Both the position numbers and the translations under genes were made by a program. The notes below the pieces were generated by a model that saw only the letters and a program-made list of their open reading frames with translations, searched no databases and was not told where the DNA came from. From positions 67,706,001 to 67,770,000 of the forward strand of contig NC_058368.1 in NCBI RefSeq assembly GCF_018350175.1: DNA of 64,000 nt, in the 5' to 3' direction. Origin of the DNA: Felis catus (Eukaryota). Positions 1-12,385 of this stretch are shown in pieces. Position 1 is the stretch's first letter; the number at the start of each line of letters is the position of its first letter.

Positions 1-311
1 GTATGTTAGCATCTCACTCTGGGACAAACAGCAGGTTGCTTACTGCTTGTTATAAGAGATAAAGCTCCCCCAGCTCTGTGTCCTTCAGCTGCGACCTACC
101 CATGGCTTGTGTAGTATTCTTGTGGGTCCATTTTCACCCCGGGGGTATGTGGAGCCAAGGGAACTGGTGCTAACCATATGCTAATGCATGGCCGTTGTGT
201 CCATGAATAGTTCTTTGTTTCTGACCAAGAGCCTCCAGCCTTTGGCCAGAATCCATGAAACAGCCAGAGGCAAGCTTATCAGCTTGTAGGTAGGGCCAAA
301 TCAATTCCACA
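1..311 (+). mobile_element. Old ERVL-type LTR 3' part (MER77/MER21-like group)
   Basis: Sequence ...ctttgtttctgaccaagagcctc...atccatgaaacag...agcttgtaggtaggg... shares its 3' end with the copies at 9030-9145 and 9800-9918. Confidence 0.6.
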
Positions 312-461
312 GCCTGAGAGAAGCTATTTATAGCATTAGGTTAACACGCTTTTCTTTTTGTGAATCTTAGGCACATAATCCTTGGTTCAGGACACACTAT
401 CAATATTCATCCACAGTGGTTGTTTTCTTATTTAAGCAAATAACATACATATACATACATC

Positions 462-470
<9 letters not shown>

Positions 471-508
<38 letters not shown>
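471..508. repeat. (CA)n microsatellite
   Basis: Read directly from the sequence. Confidence 0.95.
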
Positions 509-511
<3 letters not shown>

Positions 512-779
512 TATAAAGTATGTCGGTAACATACTTTTTCCCCTCTGTAGATGTTTCTCATCCCTAAATTTTCTTCAGTTTTCATTTTCTTTCATGTTTT
601 CTGGGTTAGATTTTTAGTTTTTCTTTAAAGAAATGACTGATTAGTAACAACAGAAAAGGAAAAATTCTATTACCTTTGCATTCATGTTATTTTCTTTTGC
701 CTTGAGCTAAACCCTTGGTTTATTTTTTCCATTTTTATATCATAAAAACAAAAAATTAAAAACAGGAACTATGCTAAGT

Positions 780-958
780 TAATTTTTGAGAGAGAGAGAG
801 TGAGGGAGGGGCAGAGAGAGGAGAAAGAGAATCCTAAACAGGCTCCATGTCATCAGTGTGGAACCTGAGACGGGGCTCAATCCCACGAACCACGAGATCA
901 TGACCTGAGCCAAATCCAAGAGTCAGATGCTGAACTGACCAAGTCACCCAGGTGCCAC
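780..958 (-). mobile_element. CanSINE (SINEC)
   Basis: (GA)n, then gagatcatgacctgagcc...cacccaggtgcc, the reverse complement of the SINE head. Confidence 0.9.
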
Positions 959-1585
959 ACCGTTCTTTCCTATGTGGCATTTTTATCATCCCAATTTCAA
1001 AAAAAACAAGAGACAAAAAACCTCCTTAATAGTTTTATTTCCCTGTTGGGGGTAGGGAGGAGAAAAATCATACTTACCTAGGATGCCAAGGATTCCTGTC
1101 ACCTTCTCTCAAACACATAAGCACATTTTAATATAACATCTGTCAAATTCTAGGGCGGATCCACAGCACAGATCTTTGATCAGGAGGTAGGGAAAAAACA
1201 AATCATTCTACCTTTTTTTGGCTAGTACATTGTTATGTTTTAAGTGGTAAACAGCTTAACTTGACTCAGACTAAAAGAATGGGTCTAACACCGTGTGTAT
1301 CTACTCAGACTGGCAGATGGGAAGCTGTGATTTTTTCTCGCAGCATACAGCCCCAAAGAGGGGTGCCTCTGCTTTGCCGGTTGGTAGTCCCCCAACTGGC
1401 AGACCAGACAGGTAGGCCTCTGGCAACAGCCCAAGAGTCAGTATAAATGTACCAAATTTCATCAAGGGGTCAGAGGTAGGAGGACTGCCTTGAACTCTGC
1501 CCACTGAATGAACACATCTGCTGTTGGTGTTACATAGCTGGGGCCTGAATGAACAGCAGCAGCAGACTGCCGACATCACCAGTTT

Positions 1586-1787
1586 TGGAGCGCCTGGCGA
1601 GGGGGCTCAGTCGGTTAAGCATCCGACTTCGGCTCAGGTCATGATCTCGCGGTTCATGGGTTCAAGCCCCACATCAGGCTCTGTGCTGACAGCTCAGAGC
1701 CTGGAGCCTGCTTCAGATTCTTTGTCTCTCTCTCTGCCCCTCCCCTGCTCACATGCTGTCTCTCTCTCTCAAACATTAAAAAAAAAG
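1586..1787 (+). mobile_element. CanSINE (SINEC-Fc)
   Basis: ggctcagtcggttaagc A-box, ggttcaagccc B-box, CT tract and A tail. Confidence 0.92.
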
Positions 1788-2760
1788 ATACAACCAGCTT
1801 TACCTTAGCTGAACAGACCAGTAACTTAGTCCAGGCATTAAGGAAAACCACTGTGGACTAAGAGCTCCACTGAGCCAAGAAACTTCACTTGAGGTAGTGG
1901 AATGGGGCCCATGGTTTGTCCCCAAGGGCAGCTACCACTTTTTCATGTAAATCTAAGATCATGCTAAGTCAAGACAACTATGCTCTTGAACATACCATTT
2001 TCAACTGACCAGAGAGACTTGTGGAATCCATCTATCTCATTAGTCACTGAATCCTACTTGACCTATGCCAAAATGTAAACATCAGATGTCAGAGTCATGA
2101 GGCTTCCCTGGGTCAGGTCTTCAGGTTCAGTAAGAGCTCTTACTAAGAGCTGCTTTTGAAAAAGGGTTACACTTGATGGCTGAGTCAGGTAGGTGGCGCT
2201 GCTGTACTCGAAACTGCCTCTGGGAATTCCAGCAGCCACTCAGTTACTCAAATTGGGATTGTAGTTCAACTTTCTCCCCCTGAGATTCTAGGTTATTCAC
2301 CTGGGAACAGACAGTACATGTGGCAGTCCCCGAATGAGTATCTCCCTGGAGACTTCATGAGTATTCACCGTATAAACATATACAATATCAGTACCAGTTG
2401 CTATTCACTCATGGAAGCTACAACAATAAAACTTCACTGAATTGGTCTAGAGATCATTCTAAACTCTTGCCCATTGTGAACACCTTCGAAACCCCATCAG
2501 TTGAGTTTGGGTGCCTCTTCCTGGAGGAACACATATCAAGGAGTCGTGGCAGGGGCTACAGAAAGTTATCAGAAAACTGCTATCACCAAGCCAGGAACAC
2601 AGAGTACAAAATGGCAGAGGGAGAGAGAGAGAGGAGCAGTAGGAAAAAAAAAAAGTGTCGAGCTTTTGTCTTCACCAAACCATGGGGACCTTGTCCTTCC
2701 TTTCCCGGAAAGCCATAGTCTGTCAACATCCTACCCTACTTCCAAAAATGGTCAAGAACT

Positions 2761-2925
2761 GGGGTACCTGCGTGGCTCAGTCGGTTAAGCGTCCAACTTC
2801 AACTCAGGTCATGATCTCACGGTTCATGAGTTCAAGCCCTGCATTGGGCTCTGTGCTGATGGCTCAGAGCCTAGAGCCTGCTTTGGATTCTGTGTGTCCC
2901 TCTCTCTCTCTCTGCCCCTCCCCTG
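2761..2925 (+). mobile_element. CanSINE, 3' truncated
   Basis: Intact head and body ending abruptly after ctgcccctcccctg, with no A tail. Confidence 0.88.
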
Positions 2926-2989
2926 TGAAATATGGATCTAAATGGATAGATACTACACAAATAGAGGGTATATGTTTTGGCTGAGGGAC

Positions 2990-3190
2990 ACTAATTGGTG
3001 AACTACTATTTTATACCAAGCAGTAAAGAAGCCTGCTCTTCTTTCCAAAAGGAAAAAAATCACTTCATTCCTCCAGGTTGCCTGCTGTAAACACAACCCT
3101 GAGAAATGGCTCGAGTAAAGAGCCACTTTCTACTGGTCAGACCAAGAACATGCAAGGACTCAGAGGGCCCACTGCAGATCGCCTCTCCCA
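2990..3190 (-). mobile_element. LTR fragment related to the 1-311 LTR, inverted
   Basis: ttataccaagcagtaaagaagcctgct resembles the reverse complement of agcaggttgcttactgcttgttataa at 30-55. Confidence 0.4.
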
Positions 3191-3384
3191 AATGCTTGAT
3201 GCTAATATTTTTCTTAATTTAACTTTACGTTTAATATTTAAATATTGAGTATTTAAGAAAATTATAAAGTCAGTCATCAAAAATTAAGAATGTTGAAAGT
3301 TACCAAAAATTATGCTTAAAAATGCACTAGGAAAAGAAAAAAAATGCATGAGGGCTGACAATTTCCCAGTTAGTGTTATAAAGC

Positions 3385-3820
3385 TATAAAGGAATTGAAG
3401 ATTCTGCCATTTGTGACAACAGAGATGGACCTAGTGGGTATTAAGTGAAATAAGAAAAAGACAAATACCATATGATTCCAGTTATATGTGGAATCTAAAA
3501 AACAAAAAAACCAGAAACAGATTGATAAATACACAGAACAAACTGGGGGCCACAGGAGAAGAGTAGGGAGGATGGGCAAAATAGGTGAAGGGGATGAAGA
3601 GGTTCAAACTTCTAGTTATAAAATAAGTCAGTCATGGAGATGAGAAGTACAGCAGAAGGAATATAGCCAATAATGTTATAATAACGCTGTGTGGTGACAG
3701 AGGGTAACCACACTTCTCATGGTGAGCACTGTATGATGGACAGAATTGTTAAATTACCACGTGGTGCACCTGAAGTTAAAAGACAATGTTGTATATCAAC
3801 TATACTTAAATAATAAAAAC
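3385..3820 (+). mobile_element. L1 3' end (carnivore type)
   Basis: attctgccatttgtgacaac...aaagacaaataccatatgatt...atatcaactatactt...aataaaa. Confidence 0.88.
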
Positions 3821-3823
3821 ATT

Positions 3824-4056
3824 GGGGCGCCTGGGTGGCGCAGTCGGTTAAGCGTCCGACTTCAGCCAGGTCACGATCTCGCGGTCTGTGAGTTCGAGCC
3901 CCGCGTCGGGCTCTGGGCTGATGGCTCGGAGCCTGGAGCCTGTTTCTGATTCTGTGTCTTCCTCTCTCTCTGCCCCACCCCCGTTCATGCTCTGTCTCTC
4001 TCTGTCCCAAAAAATAAATAAACATTGAAAAAAAAAATTAAAAAAAAAAAATAAAA
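3824..4056 (+). mobile_element. Young SINEC-Fc inserted in the L1 tail
   Basis: CpG-rich ggggcgcctgggtggcgcagtcggttaagcgtccgacttcagccaggtcacgatc; long A tail. Confidence 0.95.
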
Positions 4057-4154
4057 ACAGAACAAAATTCAGTGCTGGACCCTTAAAACACAGCACAGGG
4101 TACTTTCCACCGAAGCTAAGGGATCTAAAACTTGCATAAGAGTACTAGACACCT

Positions 4155-4388
4155 GGGGGCGCCTGGGTGGCTCAGTCAGTTAAGCAACTGACTTCGGCTC
4201 AGGTCATGATCTCACGGTTCGTGGGTTCAAGCCCCGCATCGGGCTCTGTGCTGACAGCTCGGAGCCTGGAGCCTGCTTCGGATTCTGTGTCTCCCTCTCT
4301 CTCTTGGCCCCTCCCCCACTTGTGCTCTGTCTCTCTCTCTCTCTCTCAAAAATAAATAAAATGTAAAAAAAAAAATAAAAAAAAAAAA
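4155..4388 (+). mobile_element. SINEC-Fc with TSD
   Basis: Flanking direct repeat agagtactagacacctgg at 4139-4156 and 4388-4405. Confidence 0.95.
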
Positions 4389-4584
4389 GAGTACTAGACA
4401 CCTGGATCAAACTCCTTTGAGAAATAAGTGGCTGTATTTTTAAAAAGGAATTGGTAATTTCTATGGTATACTTACTTTCAATGATATTTATATGGAAAAT
4501 ACCAGAATTTACAAAAATAACATGGTAAGTTGTCTAATATACTATATGAAGCTAGAATGATTAAAAAAAAAAAAAAAGGTGGCA

Positions 4585-4765
4585 TTAGCCTCAGTGGCTC
4601 GGTTGGTTGAGCACCTAACTCTGGATTTTAGCTTAGGTCATGATCCCAGGATCATGGAATTGAGCCCTGTGTTGGGCTCTGTGCTGAATGTGGAGCCTGC
4701 TGCTTAAGATTCTCTCTCTCTCCCACTGCCCCTCTCTCCTGCTCGCTCTCTCCAAAAAATAAAAA
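4585..4765 (+). mobile_element. Older CanSINE
   Basis: Diverged head; aaa(g/a)(g/a)tggcatta flanks on both sides. Confidence 0.85.
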
Positions 4766-5000
4766 GATGGCATTAATAATTTAAATAATAGCTAATCTAA
4801 TATCATCTATTAAAAAAGAAGCATGAATCTTAATGAAAACATAAGCAATCTTAAGAGAAATTAAGATAATCTCACACCATTAACAAATGCAAAGATGGTA
4901 TAATATTTTAACATTTATTACCATAATACACAGTATGTCCAATGAGAAAAACTTTGTATTCATCTCAATAGATTAAAAAAAATTTATATTTAAAAAAAAT

Positions 5001-5410
5001 TTATTTTGAGAGAGCATGCATGCAAGAGAGACAGAGGGAGAGGGGGGGAGAGAGGGGGGAGAGAGGGGGGAGAGAGGGGGGGAGAGGGGGGGAGAGGGGG
5101 GGAGGGGGGAGGGGGGGAGGGGGGAGGGGGGGGAGGGGGGAGGGGGAGAGGGGGGAGAGGGGGGAGGGGGGGAGAGGGGGGAGGGGGGGAGGGAGGGGGG
5201 GAGAGGGGGGAGAGGGGGGGAGAGAGGGGGGGAGAGAAGGGGGGAGAGAGGGGGGGAGAGAGAGAGAGAGAGAGAGAGAGAGAATCCTAAGCGGACTCCG
5301 TGCTGTCAGCATGGAACCCCATTTGGGGCTCAATCCCACAAATGGTGAGATCATGACCTGAGCCAAAACCAAGAGTCAGATGCTTAACCGAATGAGTCAC
5401 CCAGGCACCC
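5001..5410 (-). mobile_element. CanSINE with hyper-expanded purine tract
   Basis: SINE head at 5284-5410 and tail at 5001-5025, with a ~255-bp pure G/A tract between them. Confidence 0.9.
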
Positions 5411-5536
5411 CACTATGTCTGATTTAAAAAACACAGATTACTACAAAACATTAACATTTTAAAAGACAGTATGAATAGAAGACATACCATGTCATCTGTT
5501 GCGAGACCCAGTATAATAAAGATTCAATTGTTTGTT

Positions 5537-5593
5537 TTTTTTTTAATTTATTTTGAGAGAGAGAGAGAGAATGAGAGGGTGTGAGTGGAGGAG

Positions 5594-5660
<67 letters not shown>

Positions 5661-5787
5661 CCAAAGCAGGCTCTGTGCTGTCGGTGTGGAGCCTGATGTG
5701 AGGCTCAGTCCCAGGAACTGTGAGATCATGACCTGAGCTGAAATCAAGATTCAGACGCTTAACTGACTGAAGCACCCAGGAACCCCT
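5537..5787 (-). mobile_element. CanSINE with (GA)~30 microsatellite
   Basis: T tail, (GA)n at ~5598-5657, then SINE head. Confidence 0.9.
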
Positions 5788-6635
5788 CATAATTCTGATT
5801 AAAATCCTACCAATGCTAATTTTTGCAGGAGAAAAGGGACTCTAGTGTTAATCTGAAAGCATCAAAAAATGCATAGAACTATAAAAAATTTGGAGGAAAT
5901 AAAGTAGCAATGAAATTGTATCATTAGGTATCAGAATATGTTTGAAAACAAATACTAAAACAGCATGGCATTGCTATAAGAAACATGCAATATACAGAGT
6001 AGCTGTCATAGAGTATAACAAATATAATGAATATTTAATTGACTAGCCATCTGAAGGGAAAAAGGTCTGATAGGCTCCTTGCCTTTGATAATAATAAATT
6101 ACATGAATTAAAAGTTTAAAATTAATGGATTAAAAGTTTAAGGTAAAACGAAAGGAAAAACTTTAGGAAAGCAACTGTGAAATTTAACATCTCTCATGCA
6201 TGTTTGGAAAAACTATAAACACACACACCCACACACACAAAATTTGCCTACATAAAAATAAAAAGCCTTCTGTACATTAAAATTAATATAAAATATAACC
6301 AAATATTTTAAAAGGTTTCCAACAAATAAGGGAAGTACTGATATGAATTACTATATCTATATTACTGTTTAACATATAAATAGCTCTTTCAAAATTAGAG
6401 AAGCAACTTTAATACTTTTGAAAGTACAGATAAATCAGGCACTAAAACACACACTGGTACAAATAAATTAATAATTTCCTTCTGACTATCCATATCCTTT
6501 TGTATTAAATATGTAGAAGTAAAAAAATAACGTTTTGAAAAATACATTATAACAATGCAACTCTATACTCTGTATTACTGTAGTATTAATTTTTTATTCC
6601 CAGGTTATACATTCAGCTTAAAGAGATGGAGGCTA

Positions 6636-6785
6636 GGGTCACCTGGGTGACTTAGTAGGTTGGGCTTCCTTCCGACTCAATTTAGGATCAGGTCATGATC
6701 CCACGGCCATGGGATCGAGCCCCACATTGGGATTCATTCTCTCTCTCTCTCTCTCTCTCAAAACAAATAAACTTAAAAAATAAAG
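6636..6785 (+). mobile_element. CanSINE, internally deleted
   Basis: Head joined directly to the (CT)n tract and A tail. Confidence 0.8.
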
Positions 6786-7082
6786 AGAAGCGAAATAAAT
6801 ACACAATTTTGCATGTTTGAGAAAACATTTTATGATTATATAAAACATATTTCATGTATGTAATGGTATTTTGATATAATCTATATTCTAAAATCAAAAG
6901 CTAATTGAGACAAAATACTGAAAGGACTTAACTACCAGCCCATTCAGTTTTTTCAATCCAGAGCACATGCTTTAATACAAATTTTTAATAATGAAGACAT
7001 TGCTTATTATAAGAAATTTCTATTTCAACCCTCATCTCTTTTTATAAACCATACCTTTCACTAAAGGCTATTATTAACTTAC

Positions 7083-7195
7083 CTTGAAGTAGCCTTCTTC
7101 AGCAGCTTTTTAATCTCATTAATTTTACAGGTGTGTTTTTTATGGATAACCACAAATGCATCACAACCATCTGGCGGGGGCTCATCAGCTGCAAT
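7083..7195 (-). CDS. UGGT2: UGGT2 coding exon 4
   Basis: Acceptor tcttag| and donor AAG|gtaagt; 113 nt. Encodes IAADEPPPDGCDAFVVIHKKHTCKINEIKKLLKKATS(R). Exon 5 was not found in 1-7082, so it lies left of the window. Confidence 0.96.
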
Positions 7196-7656
7196 CTAAG
7201 ATTTCAAAGACTATATTTAGCTACAGTAGTTGATAATTACAATATAATCTTTAAAACTCATGCATTCCTTTGATTAAAATAACTCATCAACTACTATCAA
7301 GTTATTGCTCTAAGTAAAAAAATATCTACACGCAGAATCAAATACTTTAACAAAATCAACTTTATAGTAAAATACATGCTTCAAAGTGATTGAAAAAATT
7401 CCAAATTAAAACTTTCATTACTGTTCATGTCAATAATGATTTGTCCTCATAATCTCCTTATTCCACAGAACTATAAAATTATATAATATATTCAATTACA
7501 ATCAATAAAAATGATAATATAATCAATGATAGGCTATGGAACCAGGTATTGTAAGTTTGTAGATCCTTTGGAACCAAAGATACTTACATTAAGATAGATT
7601 TATGTATACTACCAGCATGCCTCTTTGTCAATTATAGTTTGGGTATTTTTACGTAC

Positions 7657-7787
7657 CTGTTGAAACATCTGAATAGTTGGTGAGTATGCCCTTATAGAGA
7701 AAGCAAACTTTAGGAGATTGATATGTAAATTGTCTAAGAATTGTCCAGCTTTCTTCAGGATTAAATTGTAATAAGAATAAGCAGATT
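7657..7787 (-). CDS. UGGT2: UGGT2 coding exon 3
   Basis: Acceptor tttttttatag| and donor CAG|gtacgt; 131 nt. Encodes (E)SAYSYYNLILKKAGQFLDNLHINLLKFAFSIRAYSPTIQMFQQ, seen within ORF 7609..7803. Confidence 0.96.
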
Positions 7788-8268
7788 CTATAAAAAAATT
7801 CAAAATAAAAGGACGTCATTTCATTTTCAATACATTGACACACCTCTACTGTAAAACTAATATATAATCATTTCTTAAGTTTGGTTATGGCTGGGGTTAG
7901 AGAAAAGTGGAAAATCAAGATCTGTTTTATTAACTTCATTTGGATCTACCAGTGAGGTACAATCAATGTAAATCCAGGTAAAAATAATATTGTCAATCTA
8001 TTTGGAAGATGCCAGCATATCAGATCAATTCACTCCAAGGTTATGGAGTTATAACAACAAGGAAAAGATACAGGCTCTACTTATCATTTAAGAGGAGACT
8101 ATGAACAGCACGCAAAAATTGAAGAATATGATCGTTAATAAATTTTAAATGACATGTATAAATAAATTCTACTCAGATTTAGTGCACATAGCCAAATGCA
8201 ATTAGTATGTCCAGAATACTTTAGGAGACAGAATTTGAAACAGACCTTAAAGAAGAGAAAGGTCTTCT

Positions 8269-9145
8269 TGTAGAGAATAACCTGAAGCTGGTTTCCTCTA
8301 AACCCATCTCCCAAGATCCTGAAGACACCAAAGAGAAGGATGAATCCTAGAATTTAAGAACTCTGACACCCCAGGGGAGACAGAACTTTCTGATGGAGAG
8401 GGCCAAGGAGAACAGAAGCTGAGAGCTACAGAGGGCCTGGTGACACTCTTGGAATAACCAGGGAAAGAACTATATTTTTGCTCTTTTCTTTTCTCTACAC
8501 CACCTGAGGTGTACTTATCATCTGCACTGTTGCCACTGTGTCAGCCAGAGATGGTAAGGTAACAGCATAGCAGCTCAGGAGCCAACTGGCGCAGACACCC
8601 ATAAACTGGCCCCTAGACATTCCCTGGTCATGTCTTCTCTCCTTTACTTCTTGGCATTAAGCTATCAATTGATGGAAACTTCACTAAAAGAGCTGAGCTG
8701 GGGCAGACCCAGATCTTCACTCACAGTTCCCAGATGTGAAAAGGGAGGACAAAAGGGATGTGCAACTACAGACACCCTCCTGGGGGAGGAGGAAAGGGTA
8801 CTGTCTGAATGGAGAAACTCTGGGGGTGGTGAGGGAGATTTGGGTGTTTGCTGACTGCTACAGTATTTACTGCTTGCTCAAAGGCGCTGGGCTCTCAACC
8901 CTTGCTTGGTTCCTCTCCTTAACCCATTCATGGTACAGGTGCCATCTTGACTTCTATGTTGCTCTATGGGAACTGGGGTTCAGGGAGCCAGCACAAATAA
9001 TGTGGACATGGTGGGTACTGCTTTTTCTTTGAGTAATAAAGTCCTTTGCCTCTTGTCCAGGGTTTCAGGTCTTCTGTCAGTATCCACGAAACTAATCTGT
9101 TAGCTTGGAAATGGTAAAATCTCAGATCCTTCACAGTACATGACA
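8269..9145 (+). mobile_element. Solo ERVL-type LTR (MER77/MER21-like group)
   Basis: TG...CA ends; aataaagtcctttgcctct...atccacgaaact...gtaaaatctcagatccttcacagtacatgaca. Confidence 0.65.
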
Positions 9146-9219
9146 GATCAGAGATGGATTGCTGACAGAAACATGGATTTTTGGAGGAGAAAAGACCCAG
9201 CTCCATGGGTCAAATTGAC

Positions 9220-9918
9220 AGGATTAGAAGAAGTCCTTGTTAATTGATAGTGAACATACTGACAAAATAGTATGGTCAATCAGGCAAAAAGTGGTCCTCT
9301 ACTTTGCCTATTATTGAAAAGAAAATAAGAGATTACAGTTCAAGAACTGGGCAGTACATTCAAAAATTTCCCCTAATCAGGTCTTAGTGGTTAACTCTCT
9401 TCCATGCAAGGGGCCTTCCCTACCAGTGGTTCTGTCAGCTTCAAGTCCAACCCATGATGACAAGTACAAAGACCGATCTTGGATGAGGTAAGGTCTGACC
9501 TTCATCAGACAATAGGTACAGACACGCATATCTACATGGAGTGAAAAAGGAAGGAAATCTGTTACCAGTACGGACAGAAGGCCGGAAACGCATTAGAACT
9601 TTGGCTTGCCAAGCAGAGGACAGGGTGGAGTACGTAATGCAGAATTACAACCAACTTATGATTCAATCGTTCATACGGTCTATCGTGCCAATCACAGATC
9701 CTTTCGAACAGGCCAGTAATAAGTCTCAAGAATTACTGTGATGGGTCCTGGCTGATAAGAGAAAGCTGTGGACGACTGGGGAGATTTCCCTTGGTCAGTT
9801 ATAAAGTCTTTCGGCTTGGATCCAGAAGTCTCATGTCTCATATCTGATCCTTGAAACTGTGGGAAGCTAAGTTTTTGGCTTGCAAGTAAGATAAAAAGAA
9901 AACCTCAACCCCTTTACA
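9220..9918 (+). mobile_element. Second related LTR, more diverged
   Basis: ataaagtcttt...agtctcatgtct...ttgaaactgtgg...gcttgcaagtaag...cccctttaca. Confidence 0.55.
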
Positions 9919-9949
9919 GCTCTGGGTAAAAAGCTCAAGAGTGAGAGAA

Positions 9950-10810
9950 CTAAAATACAGGGGGATATGAAAATTGTACTGAAAGAATGGAGGAAAGAAC
10001 AAGAAAGGATACCATAAAATACAGACTAAACTAGAGGTAACACCAAAGTAAAAAGAATTGGGAAAAACAGAAATACCAAATGCAGGGGAAAGGTGAACTG
10101 ACAATGAATCAGAAATAAAGGAGGAGAAAATGAAAAAAAGATCTGAGTAAATGACAGATATAGAAGTCAGGCCAAGGAGACCTATAGTATTTATAATTAT
10201 ATTCCCAACAGAGAATCAGGGGAATAGAACATAACGAACAACAACGATGATACGAAACCCCGTAATTCAAGAAAACTGTCCAGAATTAAAGAGGAACAAT
10301 GAATCTATATCCCTAAGAATGAAGACTCAGAATGGTTAGCACTGCAGCACTTTCCAGTAAAACTATAGGACCTTAAAGTTAAAAACCTGAAGTACAAAAT
10401 GCACACACACGTACATAGTCACGCATGTGAAGAACTCAAGGTCATCATTCCTAGGAGTTATTCATGAGGCATCAACTAGGGAGCAAACTTCACATAACCA
10501 AGAAATAATTGGAGGAAATGCAGCATCAAGTTTGAGGATGAGCTCTGAATATACTTAACTAGAACAAGAATAACTGAAGGAGTGGAGGTTTACAGAAGAC
10601 CTGGTCAACGATGCACGCTCCGGTGACACAGAAAAGCACACAACCAGCAAAACTGCCACAAAAGGGAAATTAAGTGGAAAGTAACATAAGGTTGGAGATT
10701 CCTCACAAATATTATCTGGGAATGAAAGAATATCACCGAAGCCAACAGAGCACATAGTCGAAGTTTATGTATACTTAAGAATACAAAGATAAAGACTAAG
10801 AATACTGGCG
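9950..10810 (+). mobile_element. Ancient L1M fragment (ORF1 region)
   Basis: A-rich decayed sequence with L1-like phrases such as aattcaagaaaactgtccagaattaaag. Confidence 0.45.
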
Positions 10811-12011
10811 GACAAAATCAGATGGCAGTAAGGGGAAGAAAGGATTGCCAGCCGACTCACTACTGCTTATGGGGGACCAAGACACAATGCCCAGAGCTAG
10901 AGGGGGCTAACCACTCAGGGCCTTCACACGATGTTCCTTCCGTTTGAAATGCAGGAGGGTAGGCAGTGCATGTTCAGCCAACTCCTATTAGCACACCTTG
11001 GCTTAAATGCCATTGTTGTGGAAAGAGTTTTCTCTGACCTCCCAGCCCAGATCCTGTCACACTCTGACAGGGCCGTACAATCTCTAGGTCAATTCTCAAA
11101 ACTGTAATTAAAAATTATTTGTAACTTAATAATGCTGTCCCTTCCATTAAGCTATAAGCTGCGAATGCAGGAATCTTTTCTAGGCTTTCAATTATACCTT
11201 TCTGCTCCTGGCACATAAAATAGGCCTTCAATACATTTCTGGAATATTTAAAAAATGAGGAAGTCTCTTCATTCTAGGCCATGATACTTTCCCAATATAG
11301 TACTTTTAAAGAGTTCTAGAATAGGTGTGCACATTCATTCCTACTTCTTTAACAAACTACGGGATTTCTCAGGAAGTTATGTTAGCTTCCCTCAAGAATA
11401 AAAAAGTAACACAAGTAAGACTCACCTTCAACAGTAAAAGCAGTACAGATTAGAGAAATGATCTTAAAAAAGACATAACAGCTGCAGGGCCAACAGAAAA
11501 AATAGCCAAAATTAATATAATAACATAACTAAGACTATATCAATCGAACAGGGATCAGTCCTCCATGAAAACAGGGAAGATGTCAACAGAAACAAACGTG
11601 AGTAGTGCCTGTCAACTGAGATCAAGTTTTGTCACTGGTCACTGTCAAGGTCTCTAAGGGAGAGATGGATGCAGGTAGGGGTCAGGGATTTATAGAAAGT
11701 AAACATCTGTTATTTAGGCTTAACTTGTACCATCATCTCATTCGTGAGATGGAGGTGTTGGACTACTTCAGCTGAAGTTTTAAAATCACTGAATCCAGAC
11801 TTACCAACCAACCTGCTGACAACAACTTCGCCCTTTCAATATCCTTCCTCTTTCTCCAGCCTCATGTTTTACTTGATCTTTGCCTATTGGCATTTAATAT
11901 ACATAAATCACTCTCACCTTTGTGGGGGGGGGGGGAAGCAGCAGCCTCCATAGTCTGCTACTGATTCATCTTATTTGCTTCACAATCTTCCCCACCTCCC
12001 CCTGACCCCGG

Positions 12012-12340
12012 GGTAGAATTTAGCGATTGAACACTTAGATATACAATACCCAGTGTTCATCACGAGTTCATTTCTTAATCCCCATCACCTATTTAACCCA
12101 TCCCTCCACTCAGCTCTCCTCCTCCCCCCCCCCCCCCCCCCCCCCGTAACTCTATAGTTGAGTCTGTTTCTTGGTTTTCCTTTTTGTTTCCCCTATGTTT
12201 GTTTTCTTAAATTCCACATGAGTAAAATCATATGGTATTTGTTATTTTCTGACTTACTGATTTAGCATAATACTCTCTAGCTCTATTCAGGTCATTGAAA
12301 AGGACAGGATTTCATTCTTTTTTATGGCTGAGTAATATTC

Positions 12341-12385
<45 letters not shown>

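Noticed and set aside
3824..3910. tRNA-like A/B boxes here and in ~25 other places
   Set aside because: Heads of tRNA-derived CanSINEs followed by CT tracts, A tails and TSDs; not tRNA genes.
5001..5372. Gly/Glu/Arg-rich and poly-Pro ORFs
   Set aside because: Translations of the purine tract inside a SINE.
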